Shown: one piece after another, positions 23,901 to 38,900 of the stretch
How positions within the stretch are numbered: the first letter of the stretch is position 1
Layout of the letters: each line of letters begins with the position of its first letter
Assembly: GCA_053919585.1 (NCBI GenBank)
Contig: CM132826.1
Direction: 5' to 3' (one strand)
DNA: 64,000 nt
Source: Euprymna scolopes
Taxonomy: Eukaryota
Translations under genes and position numbers: made by a program
The notes under the pieces: generated by a model
Seen by the model: only the letters and a program-made list of their open reading frames with translations
The model's database searches: none
What the model was told of the DNA's origin: nothing

Positions 23901-26900
23901 GAAAAAACAATAACCTTGAATGATTGGAAATTGAGCTTTCTGTATTTTTTTTAAAGAGAAAATATCCGAGAACATTGCTGAAATAACTAAACGAAAAAAC
24001 AATAACCTTGAATGATTGGAAATTGGGCTTTCTGTATTTTTTTTTTTAAAGAGAAAATATCCGAGAACATTGCTGAAATAACTAAACGAAAAAACAATAA
24101 CCTTGAATGATTGGAAATTGGCTTTCTGTATTTTTTTTAAAGAGAAAATATCCGAGAACATTGCTGAAATAACTAAACGAAAAAACAATAACCTTGAATG
24201 ATTGGAAATTGAGCTTTCTGTATTTTTTTTTAAAGAGAAAATATCCGAGAACATTGCTGAAATAACTAAACGAAAAAACAATAACCTTGAATGATTGGAA
24301 ATTGAGCTTTCTGTATTTTTTTTAAAGAGAAAATATCCGAGAACATTGCTGAAATAACTAAACGAAAAAACAATAACCTTGAATGATTGGAAATTGGCTT
24401 TCTGTATTTTTTTTAAAGAGAAAATATCCGAGAACATTGCTGAAATAACTAAACGAAAAAACAATAACCTTGAATGATTGGAAATTGGGCTTTCTGTATT
24501 TTTTTTTAAAGAGAAAATATCCGAGAACATTGCTGAAATAACTAAACGAAAAAACAATAACCTTGAATGATTGGAAATTGAGCTTTCTGTATTTTTTTTT
24601 AAAGAGAAAATATCCGAGAACATTGCTGAAATAACTAAACGAAAAAACAATAACCTTGAATGATTGGAAATTGAGCTTTCTGTATTTTTTTTTTAAAGAG
24701 AAAATATCCGAGAACATTGCTGAAATAACTAAACGAAAAAACAATAACCTTAAATGATTGGAAATTGAGCTTTCTGTATTTTTTTTTTAAAAGAGAAAAT
24801 ATCCGAGAACATTGCTGAAATAACTAAACGAAAAAACAATAACCTTGAATGATTGGAAATTGAGCTTTCTGTATTTTTTTTTTAAAGAGAAAATATCCGA
24901 GAACATTGCTGAAATAACTAAACGAAAAAACAATAACCTTGAATGATTGGAAATTGAGCTTTCTGTATTTTTTTTAAAAGAGAAAATATCCGAGAACATT
25001 GCTGAAATAACTAAACGAAAAAACAATAACCTTGAATGATTGGAAATTGAGCTTTCTGTATTTTTTTTTACAGAGAAAATATCCGAGAACATTGCTGAAA
25101 TAACTAAACGAAAAAACAATAACCTTGAATGATTGGAAATTGGGCTTTCTGTATTTTTTTTAAAAGAGAAAATATCCGAGAACATTGCTGAAATAACTAA
25201 ACGAAAAAACAATAACCTTGAATGATTGGAAATTGAGCTTTCTGTATTTTTTTTTAAAGAGAAAATATCCGAGAACATTGCTGAAATAACTAAACGAAAA
25301 AACAATAACCTTGAATGATTGGAAATTGGGATTTCTGTATTTTTTTTTAAAGAGAAAATATCCGAGAACATTGCTGAAATAACTAAACGAAAAAACAATA
25401 ACCTTGAATGATTGGAAATTGGGCTTTCTGTATTTTTTTTTAAAGAGAAAATATCCGAGAACATTGCTGAAATAACTAAACGAAAAAACAATAACCTTGA
25501 ATGATTGGAAATTGAGCTTTCTGTATTTTTTTTTAAAGAGAAAATATCCGAGAACATTGCTGAAATAACTAAACGAAAAAACAATAACCTTGAATGATTG
25601 GAAATTGGGCTTTCTGTATTTTTTTTTTAAAAGAGAAAATATCCGAGAACATTGCTGAAATAACTAAACGAAAAAACAATAACCTTGAATGATTGGAAAT
25701 TGGGCTTTCTGTATTTTTTTTAAAAGAGAAAATATCCGAGAACATTGCTTAAATAACTAAACGAAAAAACAATAACCTTGAATGATTGGAAATTGAGCTT
25801 TCTGTATTTTTTTTTAAAGAGAAAATATCCGAGAACATTGCTGAAATAACTAAACGAAAAAACAATAACCTTGAATGATTGGAAATTGGGCTTTCTGTAT
25901 TTTTTTTTAAAGAGAAAATATCCGAGAACATTGCTGAAATAACTAAACGAAAAAACAATAACCTTGAATGATTGGAAATTGGGCTTTCTGTATTTTTTTT
26001 TTAAAAGAGAAAATATCCGAGAACATTGCTGAAATAACTAAACGAAAAAACAATAACCTTGAATGATTGGAAATTGGCTTTCTGTATTTTTTTTAAAGAG
26101 AAAATATCCGAGAACATTGCTGAAATAACTAAACGAAAAAACAATAACCTTGAATGATTGGAAATTGAGCTTTCTGTATTTTTTTTTAAAGAGAAAATAT
26201 CCGAGAACATTGCTGAAATAACTAAACGAAAAAACAATAACCTTGAATGATTGGAAATTGGGCTTTCTGTATTTTTTTTTAAAGAGAAAATATCCGAGAA
26301 CATTGCTGAAATAACTAAACGAAAAAACAATAACCTTGAATGATTGAAAATTGGCTTTCTGTATTTTTTTAAAGAGAAAATATCCGAGAACATTGCTGAA
26401 ATAACTAAACGAAAAAACAATAACCTTGAATGATTGGAAATTGGGCTTTCTGTATTTTTTTTTAAAGAGAAAATATCCGAGAACATTGCTGAAATAACTA
26501 AACGAAAAAACAATAACCTTGAATGATTGGAAATTGAGCTTTCTGTATTTTTTTTTAAAGAGAAAATATCCGAGAACATTGCTGAAATAACTAAACGAAA
26601 AAACAATAACCTTGAATGATTGGAAATTGAGCTTTCTGTATTTTTTTTTAAAGAGAAAATATCCGAGAACATTGCTGAAATAACTAAACGAAAAAACAAT
26701 AACCTTGAATGATTGGAAATTGAGCTTTCTGTATTTTTTTTTAAAGAGAAAATATCCGAGAACATTGCTGAAATAACTAAACGAAAAAACAATAACCTTG
26801 AATGATTGGAAATTGGGCTTTCTGTATTTTTTTTTAAAGAGAAAATATCCGAGAACATTGCTGAAATAACTAAACGAAAAAACAATAACCTTGAATGATT

Positions 26901-29900
26901 GGAAATTGGGCTTTCTGTATTTTTTTTAAAGAGAAAATATCCGAGAACATTGCTGAAATAACTAAACGAAAAAACAATAACCTTGAATGATTGGAAATTG
27001 GGCTTTCTGTATTTTTTTTTAAGAGAAAATATCCGAGAACATTGCTGAAATAACTAAACGAAAAAACAATAACCTTGAATGATTGGAAATTGGGCTTTCT
27101 GTATTTTTTTTTAAAGAGAAAATATCCGAGAACATTGCTGAAATAACTAAACGAAAAAACAATAACCTTGAATGATTGGAAATTGAGCTTTCTGTATTTT
27201 TTTTTAAAGAGAAAATATCCGAGAACATTGCTGAAATAACTAAACGAAAAAACAATTACCTTGAATGATTGGAAATTGAGCTTTCTGTATTTTTTTTTAA
27301 AGAGAAAATATCCGAGAACATTGCTGAAATAACTAAACGAAAAAACAATAACCTTGAATGATTGGAAATTGGGCTTTCTGTATTTTTTTTTAAAGAGAAA
27401 ATATCCGAGAACATTGCTGAAATAACTAAACGAAAAAACAATAACCTTGAATGATTGGAAATTGGGCTTTCTGTATTTTTTTTAAAGAGAAAATATCCGA
27501 GAACATTGCTGAAATAACTAAACGAAAAAACAATAACCTTGAATGATTGGAAATTGGGCTTTCTGTATTTTTTTTAAAGAGAAAATATCCGAGAACATTG
27601 CTGAAATAACTAAACGAAAAAACAATAACCTTGAATGATTGGAAATTGGGCTTTCTGTATTTTTTTTTAAAGAGAAAATATCCGAGAACATTGCTGAAAT
27701 AACTAAACGAAAAAACAATAACCTTGAATGATTGGAAATTGAGCTTTCTGTATTTTTTTTTAAAGAGAAAATATCCGAGAACATTGCTGAAATAACTAAA
27801 CGAAAAAACAATAACCTTGAATGATTGGAAATTGAGCTTTCTGTATTTTTTTTAAAGAGAAAATATCCGAGAACATTGCTGAAATAACTAAACGAAAAAA
27901 CAATAACCTTGAATGATTGGAAATTGGGCTTTCTGTATTTTTTTTTTAAAAGAGAAAATATCCGAGAACATTGCTGAAATAACTAAACGAAAAAACAATA
28001 ACCTTGAATGATTGGAAATTGGCTTTCTGTATTTTTTTTAAAGAGAAAATATCCGAGAACATTGCTGAAATAACTAAACGAAAAAACAATAACCTTGAAT
28101 GATTGGAAATTGAGCTTTCTGTATTTTTTTTTAAAGAGAAAATATCCGAGAACATTGCTGAAATAACTAAACGAAAAAACAATAACCTTGAATGATTGGA
28201 AATTGAGCTTTCTGTATTTTTTTTTAAAGAGAAAATATCCGAGAACATTGCTGAAATAACTAAACGAAAAAACAATAACCTTGAATGATTGGAAATTGGC
28301 TTTCTGTATTTTTTTTAAAGAGAAAATATCCGAGAACATTGCTGAAATAACTAAACGAAAAAACAATAACCTTGAATGATTGGAAATTGGGCTTTCTGTA
28401 TTTTTTTTTAAAGAGAAAATATCCGAGAACATTGCTGAAATAACTAAACGAAAAAACAATAACCTTGAATGATTGGAAATTGAGCTTTCTGTATTTTTTT
28501 TTAAAGAGAAAATATCCGAGAACATTGCTGAAATAACTAAACGAAAAAACAATAACCTTGAATGATTGGAAATTGAGCTTTCTGTATTTTTTTTTAAAAG
28601 AGAAAATATCCGAGAACATTGCTGAAATAACTAAACGAAAAAACAATAACCTTAAATGATTGGAAATTGAGCTTTCTGTATTTTTTTTTAAAAGAGAAAA
28701 TATCCGAGAACATTGCTGAAATAACTAAACGAAAAAACAATAACCTTGAATGATTGGAAATTGAGCTTTCTGTATTTTTTTTTTAAAGAGAAAATATCCG
28801 AGAACATTGCTGAAATAACTAAACGAAAAAACAATAACCTTGAATGATTGGAAATTGAGCTTTCTGTATTTTTTTTAAAAGAGAAAATATCCGAGAACAT
28901 TGCTGAAATAACTAAACGAAAAAACAATAACCTTGAATGATTGGAAATTGAGCTTTCTGTATTTTTTTTTACAGAGAAAATATCCGAGAACATTGCTGAA
29001 ATAACTAAACGAAAAAACAATAACCTTGAATGATTGGAAATTGGCTTTCTGTATTTTTTTTAAAGAGAAAATATCCGAGAACATTGCTGAAATAACTAAA
29101 CGAAAAAACAATAACCTTGAATGATTGGAAATTGGGCTTTCTGTATTTTTTTTTAAAGAGAAAATATCCGAGAACATTGCTGAAATAACTAAACGAAAAA
29201 ACAATAACCTTGAATGATTGGAAATTGGGCTTTCTGTATTTTTTTTTAAAGAGAAAATATCCGAGAACATTGCTGAAATAACTAAACGAAAAAACAATAA
29301 CCTTGAATGATTGGAAATTGGGCTTTCTGTATTTTTTTTTAAAGAGAAAATATCCGAGAACATTGCTGAAATAACTAAACGAAAAAACAATAACCTTGAA
29401 TGATTGGAAATTGAGCTTTCTGTATTTTTTTTTACAGAGAAAATATCCGAGAACATTGCTGAAATAACTAAACGAAAAAACAATAACCTTGAATGATTGG
29501 AAATTGGGCTTTCTGTATTTTTTTTAAAGAGAAAATATCCGAGAACATTGCTGAAATAACTAAACGAAAAAACAATAACCTTGAATGATTGGAAATTGGG
29601 CTTTCTGTATTTTTTTTTAAAGAGAAAATATCCGAGAACATTGCTGAAATAACTAAACGAAAAAACAATAACCTTGAATGATTGGAAATTGGGCTTTCTG
29701 TATTTTTTTTTAAAGAGAAAATATCCGAGAACATTGCTGAAATAACTAAACGAAAAAACAATAACCTTGAATGATTGGAAATTCAGCTTTCTGTATTTTT
29801 TTTAAAAGAGAAAATATCCGAGAACATTGCTGAAATAACTAAACGAAAAAACAATAACCTTGAATGATTGGAAATTCAGCTTTCTGTATTTTTTTTTTAA

Positions 29901-32900
29901 AAGAGAAAATATCCGAGAACATTGCTGAAATAACTAAACGAAAAAACAATAACCTTAAATGATTGGAAATTGAGCTTTCTGTATTTTTTTTTTTAAAGAG
30001 AAAATATCCGAGAACATTGCTGAAATAACTAAACGAAAAAACAATAACCTTGAATGATTGGAAATTGAGCTTTCTGTATTTTTTTTTAAAGAGAAAATAT
30101 CCGAGAACATTGCTGAAATAACTAAACGAAAAAACAATAACCTTGAATGATTGGAAATTGAGCTTTCTGTATTTTTTTTTAAAGAGAAAATATCCGAGAA
30201 CATTGCTGAAATAACTAAACGAAAAAACAATAACCTTGAATGATTGGAAATTGGGCTTTCTGTATTTTTTTTTTAAAAGAGAAAATATCCGAGAACATTG
30301 CTGAAATAACTAAACGAAAAAACAATAACCTTGAATGATTGGAAATTGAGCTTTCTGTATTTTTTTTTAAAGAGAAAATATCCGAGAACATTGCTGAAAT
30401 AACTAAACGAAAAAACAATAACCTTGAATGATTGGAAATTGGGCTTTCTGTATTTTTTTTTTAAAAGAGAAAATATCCGAGAACATTGCTGAAATAACTA
30501 AACGAAAAAACAATAACCTTGAATGATTGGAAATTGAGCTTTCTGTATTTTTTTTTTAAGAGAAAATATCCGAGAACATTGCTGAAATAACTAAACGAAA
30601 AAACAATAACCTTGAATGATTGGAAATTGGGCTTCTGTATTTTTTTTTTAAAAGAGAAAATATCCGAGAACATTGCTGAAATAACTAAACGAAAAAACAA
30701 TAACCTTGAATGATTGGAAATTGAGCTTTCTGTATTTTTTTTTAAAGAGAAAATATCCGAGAACATTGCTGAAATAACTAAACGAAAAAACAATAACCTT
30801 GAATGATTGGAAATTGAGCTTTCTGTATTTTTTTTTTAAAAGAGAAAATATCCGAGAACATTGCTGAAATAACTAAACGAAAAAACAATAACCTTGAATG
30901 ATTGGAAATTGAGCTTTCTGTATTTTTTTTTAAAGAGAAAATATCCGAGAACATTGCTGAAATAACTAAACGAAAAAACAATAACCTTGAATGATTGGAA
31001 ATTGAGCTTTCTGTATTTTTTTTTAAAGAGAAAATATCCGAGAACATTGCTGAAATAACTAAACGAAAAAACAATAACCTTGAATGATTGGAAATTGAGC
31101 TTTCTGTATTTTTTTTTTAAAAGAGAAAATATCCGAGAACATTGCTGAAATAACTAAACGAAAAAACAATAACCTTGAATGATTGGAAATTGAGCTTTCT
31201 GTATTTTTTTTTTAAAAGAGAAAATATCCGAGAACATTGCTGAAATAACTAAACGAAAAAACAATAACCTTGAATGATTGGAAATTGAGCTTTCTGTATT
31301 TTTTTTTAAAGAGTAAATATCCGAGAACATTGCTGAAATAACTAAACGAAAAAACAATAACCTTGAATGATTGGAAATTGAGCTTTCTGTATTTTTTTTT
31401 AAAGAGAAAATATCCGAGAACATTGCTGAAATAACTAAACGAAAAAACAATAACCTTGAATGATTGGAAATTGAGCTTTCTGTATTTTTTTTTTAAAAGA
31501 GAAAATATCCGAGAACATTGCTGAAATAACTAAACGAAAAAACAATAACCTTGAATGATTGGAAATTGAGCTTTCTGTATTTTTTTTTAAAGAGAAAATA
31601 TCCGAGAACATTGCTGAAATAACTAAACGAAAAAACAATAACCTTGAATGATTGGAAATTGAGCTTTCTGTATTTTTTTTTTAAAAGAGAAAATATCCGA
31701 GAACATTGCTGAAATAACTAAACGAAAAAACAATAACCTTGAATGATTGGAAATTGAGCTTTCTGTATTTTTTTTTTAAAAGAGAAAATATCCGAGAACA
31801 TTGCTGAAATAACTAAACGAAAAAACAATAACCTTGAATGATTGGAAATTGAGCTTTCTGTATTTTTTTTTAAAGAGAAAATATCCGAGAACATTGCTGA
31901 AATAACTAAACGAAAAAACAATAACCTTGAATGATTGGAAATTGAGCTTTCTGTATTTTTTTTTAAAGAGAAAATATCCGAGAACATTGCTGAAATAACT
32001 AAACGAAAAAACAATAACCTTGAATGATTGGAAATTGAGCTTTCTGTATTTTTTTTTTAAAAGAGAAAATATCCGAGAACATTGCTGAAATAACTAAACG
32101 AAAAAACAATAACCTTGAATGATTGGAAATTGAGCTTTCTGTATTTTTTTTTAAAGAGAAAATATCCGAGAACATTGCTGAAATAACTAAACGAAAAAAC
32201 AATAACCTTGAATGATTGGAAATTGAGCTTTCTGTATTTTTTTTTTAAAAGAGAAAATATCCGAGAACATTGCTGAAATAACTAAACGAAAAAACAATAA
32301 CCTTGAATGATTGGAAATTGAGCTTTCTGTATTTTTTTTTAAAAGAGAAAATATCCGAGAACATTGCTGAAATAACTTAACGAAAAAACAATAACCTTGA
32401 ATGATTGGAAATTGGGCTTTTTGTATTTTTTTTTTAAAAGAGAAAATATCCGAGAACATTGCTGAAATAACTAAACGAAAAAACAATAACCTTTAATGAT
32501 TGGAAATTGAGCTTTCTGTATTTTTTTTTTAAAAGAGAAAATATCCGAGAACATTGCTGAAATAACTAAACGAAAAAACAATAACCTTGAATGATTGGAA
32601 ATTGAGCTTTCTGTATTTTTTTTTTAAAAGAGAAAATATCCGAGAACATTGCTGAAATAACTAAACGAAAAAACAATAACCTTGAATGATTGGAAATTGA
32701 GCTTTCTGTATTTTTTTTTAAAGAGAAAATATCCGAGAACATTGCTGAAATAACTAAACGAAAAAACAATAACCTTGAATGATTGAAAATTGAGCTTTCT
32801 GTATTTTTTTTTTAAAAGAGAAAATATCCGAGAACATTGCTGAAATAACTAAACGAAAAAACAATAACCTTGAATGATTGGAAATTGAGCTTTCTGTATT

Positions 32901-35900
32901 TTTTTTTTAAAAGAGAAAATATCCGAGAACATTGCTGAAATAACTAAACGAAAAAACAATAACCTTGAATGATTGGAAATTGGGCTTTCTGTATTTTTTT
33001 TTTAAAAGAGAAAATATCCGAGAACATTGCTGAAATAACTAAACGAAAAAACAATAACTTTTAATGATTGGAAATTGAGCTTTCTGTATTTTTTTTTTAA
33101 AAGAGAAAATATCCGAGAACATTGCTGAAATAACTAAACGAAAAAACAATAACCTTGAATGATTGGAAATTGAGCTTTCTGTATTTTTTTTTTAAAAGAG
33201 AAAATATCCGAGAACATTGCTGAAATAACTAAACGAAAAAACAATAACCTTGAATGATTGGAAATTGAGCTTTCTGTATTTTTTTTTAAAGAGAAAATAT
33301 CCGAGAACATTGCTGAAATAACTAAACGAAAAAACAATAACATTGAATGATTGGAAATTGAGCTTTCTGTATTTTTTTTTTAAAAGAGAAAATATCCGAG
33401 AACATTGCTGAAATAACTAAACGAAAAAACAATAACCTTGAATGATTGGAAATTGGGCTTTCTGTATTTTTTTTTTAAAAGAGAAAATATCCGAGAACAT
33501 TGCTGAAATAACTAAACGAAAAAACAATAACCTTGAATGATTGGAAATTTGGCTTTCTGTATTTTTTTTAAAAGAGAAAATATCCGAGAACATTGCTGAA
33601 ATAACTAAACGAAAAAACAATAACCTTGAATGATTGGAAATTGGGCTTTCTGTATTTTTTTTAAAAGAGAAAATATCTGAGAACATTGCTGAAATAACTA
33701 AACGAAAAAACAATTACCTTGAATGATTGGAAACTGAGTTTTCTGTATTTTTTTTAAAGAGAAAATATCCGAGAACATTGCTGAAATAACTAAACGAAAA
33801 AACAATAACCTTGAATGATTGGAAATTGGGCTTTCTGTATTTTTTTTTAAAGAGAAAATATCCGAGAACATTGCTGAAATAACTAAACGAAAAAACAATA
33901 ACCTTGAATGATTGGAAATTGGGCTTTCTGTATTTTTTTTTAAAGAGAAAATATCCGAGAACATTGCTGAAATAACTAAACGAAAAAACAATAACCTTGA
34001 ATGATTGGAAATTTGGCTTTCTGTATTTTTTTTAAAGAGAAAATATCCGAGAACATTGCTGAAATAACTAAACGAGAAAACAATAACCTTGAATGATTGG
34101 AAATTGAGCTTTCTGTATTTTTTTTTAAAGAGAAAATATCCGAGAACATTGCTGAAATAACTAAACGAAAAAACAATAACCTTGAATGATTGGAAATTGA
34201 GCTTTCTGTATTTTTTTTAAAAGAGAAAATATCCGAGAACATTGCTGAAATAACTAAACGAAAAAACAATAACCTTGAATGATTGGAAATTGAGCTTTCT
34301 GTATTTTTTTTAAAAGAGAAAATATCCGAGAACATTGCTGAAATAACTAAACGAAAAAACAATAACCTTGAATGATTGGAAATTGAGCTTTCTGTATTTT
34401 TTTTAAAAGAGAAAATATCCGAGAACATTGCTGAAATAACTAAACGAAAAAACAATTACCTTGAATGATTGGAAATTGAATTTTCCGTATTTTTTTTAAA
34501 GAGAAAATATCCGAGAACATTGCTGAAATAACTAAACGAAAAAACAATAACCTTGAATGATTGGAAATTGGGCTTTCTGTATTTTTTTTAAAAGAGAAAA
34601 TATCCGAGAACATTGCTGAAATAACTAAACGAAAAAACAATAACCTTGAATGATTGGAAATTGGGCTTTCTGTATTTTTTTTTAAAGAGAAAATATCCGA
34701 GAACATTGCTGAAATAACTAAACGAAAAAACAATAACCTTGAATGATTGGAAATTGAGCTTTCTGTATTTTTTTTAAAGAGAAAATATCCGAGAACATTG
34801 CTGAAATAACTAAACGAAAAAACAATAACCTTGAATGATTGGAAATTGAGCTTTCTGTATTTTTTTTAAAGAGAAAATATCCGAAAACATTGCTGAAATA
34901 ACTAAACGAAAAAACAATAACCTTGAATGATTGGAAATTGGGCTTTCTGTATTTTTTTTTAAAGAGAAAATATCCGAGAACATTGCTGAAATAACTAAAC
35001 GAAAAAACAATAACCTTGAATGATTGGAAATTGGGCTTTTTGTATTTTTTTTTTAAAAGAGAAAATATCCGAGAACATTGCTGAAATAACTAAACGAAAA
35101 AACAATAACCTTGAATGATTGGAAATTGGTCTTTCTGTATTTTTTTTTTAAAGAGAAAATATCCGAGAACATTGCTGAAATAACTAAACGAAAAAACAAT
35201 AACCTTGAATGATTGGAAATTGGGCTTTCTGTATTTTTTTTTAAAGAGAAAATATCCGAGAACATTGCTGAAATAACTAAACGAAAAAACAATAACCTTG
35301 AATGATTGGAAATTGGGCTTTCTGTATTTTTTTTTTAAAGAGAAAATATCCGAGAACATTGCTGAAATAACTAAACGCAAAAACAATAACCTTGAATGAT
35401 TGGAAATTGAGCTTTCTGTATTTTTTTTTTAAAGAGAAAATATCCGAGAACATTGCTGAAATAACTAAACGAAAAAACAATAATCTTGAATGATTGGAAA
35501 TTGGCCTTTCTGTATTTTTTTTTAAAAGAGAAAATATCCGAGAACATTGCTGAAATAACTAAACGAAAAAACAATAACCTTGAATGATTGGAAATTGGGC
35601 TTTCTGTATTTTTTTTTTAAAAGAGAAAATATCCGAGAACATTGCTGAAATAACTAAACGAAAAAACAATAACCTTGAATGATTGGAAATTTGGCTTTCT
35701 GTATTTTTTTTAAAAGAGAAAATATCCGAGAACATTGCTGAAATAACTAAACGAAAAAACAATAACCTTGAATGATTGGAAATTTGGCTTTCTGTATTTT
35801 TTTTTAAAAGAGAAAATATCCGAGAACATTGCTGAAATAACTAAACGAAAAAACAATAACCTTGAATGATTGGAAATTGAGCTTTCTGTATTTTTTTTAA

Positions 35901-38900
35901 AAGAGAAAATATCCGAGAACATTGCTGAAATAACTAAACGAAAAAACAATAACCTTGAATGATTGGAAATTGGGCTTTCTGTATTTTTTTTTAAAGAGAA
36001 AATATCCGAGAACATTGCTGAAATAACTAAACGAAAAAACAATAACCTTGAATGATTGGAAATTGAGCTTTCTGTATTTTTTTTAAAGAGAAAATATCCG
36101 AGAACATTGCTGAAATAACTAAACGAAAAAACAATAACCTTGAATGATTGGAAATTGAGCTTTCTGTATTTTTTTTAAAGAGAAAATATCCGAAAACATT
36201 GCTGAAATAACTAAACGAAAAAACAATAACCTTGAATGATTGGAAATTGGGCTTTCTGTATTTTTTTTTAAAGAGAAAATATCCGAGAACATTGCTGAAA
36301 TAACTAAACGAAAAAACAATAACCTTGAATGATTGGAAATTGGGCTTTTTGTATTTTTTTTTTAAAAGAGAAAATATCCGAGAACATTGCTGAAATAACT
36401 AAACGAAAAAACAATAACCTTGAATGATTGGAAATTGGTCTTTCTGTATTTTTTTTTTAAAGAGAAAATATCCGAGAACATTGCTGAAATAACTAAACGA
36501 AAAAACAATAACCTTGAATGATTGGAAATTGGGCTTTCTGTATTTTTTTTTAAAGAGAAAATATCCGAGAACATTGCTGAAATAACTAAACGAAAAAACA
36601 ATAACCTTGAATGATTGGAAATTGGGCTTTCTGTATTTTTTTTTTAAAGAGAAAATATCCGAGAACATTGCTGAAATAACTAAACGCAAAAACAATAACC
36701 TTGAATGATTGGAAATTGAGCTTTCTGTATTTTTTTTTTAAAGAGAAAATATCCGAGAACATTGCTGAAATAACTAAACGAAAAAACAATAATCTTGAAT
36801 GATTGGAAATTGGCCTTTCTGTATTTTTTTTTAAAAGAGAAAATATCCGAGAACATTGCTGAAATAACTAAACGAAAAAACAATAACCTTGAATGATTGG
36901 AAATTGGGCTTTCTGTATTTTTTTTTTAAAAGAGAAAATATCCGAGAACATTGCTGAAATAACTAAACGAAAAAACAATAACCTTGAATGATTGGAAATT
37001 TGGCTTTCTGTATTTTTTTTAAAAGAGAAAATATCCGAGAACATTGCTGAAATAACTAAACGAAAAAACAATAACCTTGAATGATTGGAAATTTGGCTTT
37101 CTGTATTTTTTTTAAAAGAGAAAATATCCGAGAACATTGCTGAAATAACTAAACGAAAAAACAATAACCTTGAATGATTGGAAATTGAGCTTTCTGTATT
37201 TTTTTTAAAAGAGAAAATATCCGAGAACATTGCTGAAATAACTAAACGAAAAAACAATAACCTTGAATGATTGGAAATTGGGCTTTCTGTATTTTTTTTT
37301 TAAAGAGAAAATATCCGAGAACATTGCTGAAATAACTAAACGAAAAAACAATAACCTTGAATGATTGGAAATTGGGCTTTCTGTATTTTTTTTTTAAAGA
37401 GAAAATATCCGAGAACATTGCTGAAATAACTAAACGAAAAAACAATAACCTTGAATGATTGGAAATTTGGCTTTCTGTATTTTTTTTAAAAGAGAAAATA
37501 TCCGAGAACATTGCTGAAATAACTAAACGAAAAAACAATAACCTTGAATGATTGGAAATTGGTCTTTCTGTATTTTTTTTAAAAGAGAAAATATCCGAGA
37601 ACATTGCTGAAATAACTAAACGAAAAAACAATTACCTTGAATGATTGGAAACTGAGTTTTCTGTATTTTTTTTAAAGAGAAAATATCCAAGAACATTGCT
37701 GAAATAACTAAACGAAAAAACAATAACCTTGAATGATTGGAAATTTGGCTTTCTTTATTTTTTTTTTAAAAGAGAAAATATCCGAGAACATTGCTGAAAT
37801 AACTAAACGAAAAAACAATAACCTTGAATGATTGGAAATTGAGCTTTCTGTATTTTTTTTAAAGAGAAAATATCCGAAAACATTGCTGAAATAACTAAAC
37901 GAAAAAACAATAACCTTGAATGATTGGAAATTGGGCTTTCTGTATTTTTTTTTAAAGAGAAAATATCCGAGAACATTGCTGAAATAACTAAACGAAAAAA
38001 CAATAACCTTGAATGATTGGAAATTGGGCTTTTTGTATTTTTTTTTTAAAAGAGAAAATATCCGAGAACATTGCTGAAATAACTAAACGAAAAAACAATA
38101 ACCTTGAATGATTGGAAATTGGTCTTTCTGTATTTTTTTTTTAAAGAGAAAATATCCGAGAACATTGCTGAAATAACTAAACGAAAAAACAATAACCTTG
38201 AATGATTGGAAATTGGGCTTTCTGTATTTTTTTTTAAAGAGAAAATATCCGAGAACATTGCTGAAATAACTAAACGAAAAAACAATAACCTTGAATGATT
38301 GGAAATTGGGCTTTCTGTATTTTTTTTTTAAAGAGAAAATATCCGAGAACATTGCTGAAATAACTAAACGCAAAAACAATAACCTTGAATGATTGGAAAT
38401 TGAGCTTTCTGTATTTTTTTTTTAAAGAGAAAATATCCGAGAACATTGCTGAAATAACTAAACGAAAAAACAATAATCTTGAATGATTGGAAATTGGCCT
38501 TTCTGTATTTTTTTTTAAAAGAGAAAATATCCGAGAACATTGCTGAAATAACTAAACGAAAAAACAATAACCTTGAATGATTGGAAATTGGGCTTTCTGT
38601 ATTTTTTTTTTAAAAGAGAAAATATCCGAGAACATTGCTGAAATAACTAAACGAAAAAACAATAACCTTGAATGATTGGAAATTTGGCTTTCTGTATTTT
38701 TTTTAAAAGAGAAAATATCCGAGAACATTGCTGAAATAACTAAACGAAAAAACAATAACCTTGAATGATTGGAAATTTGGCTTTCTGTATTTTTTTTAAA
38801 AGAGAAAATATCCGAGAACATTGCTGAAATAACTAAACGAAAAAACAATAACCTTGAATGATTGGAAATTGAGCTTTCTGTATTTTTTTTAAAAGAGAAA

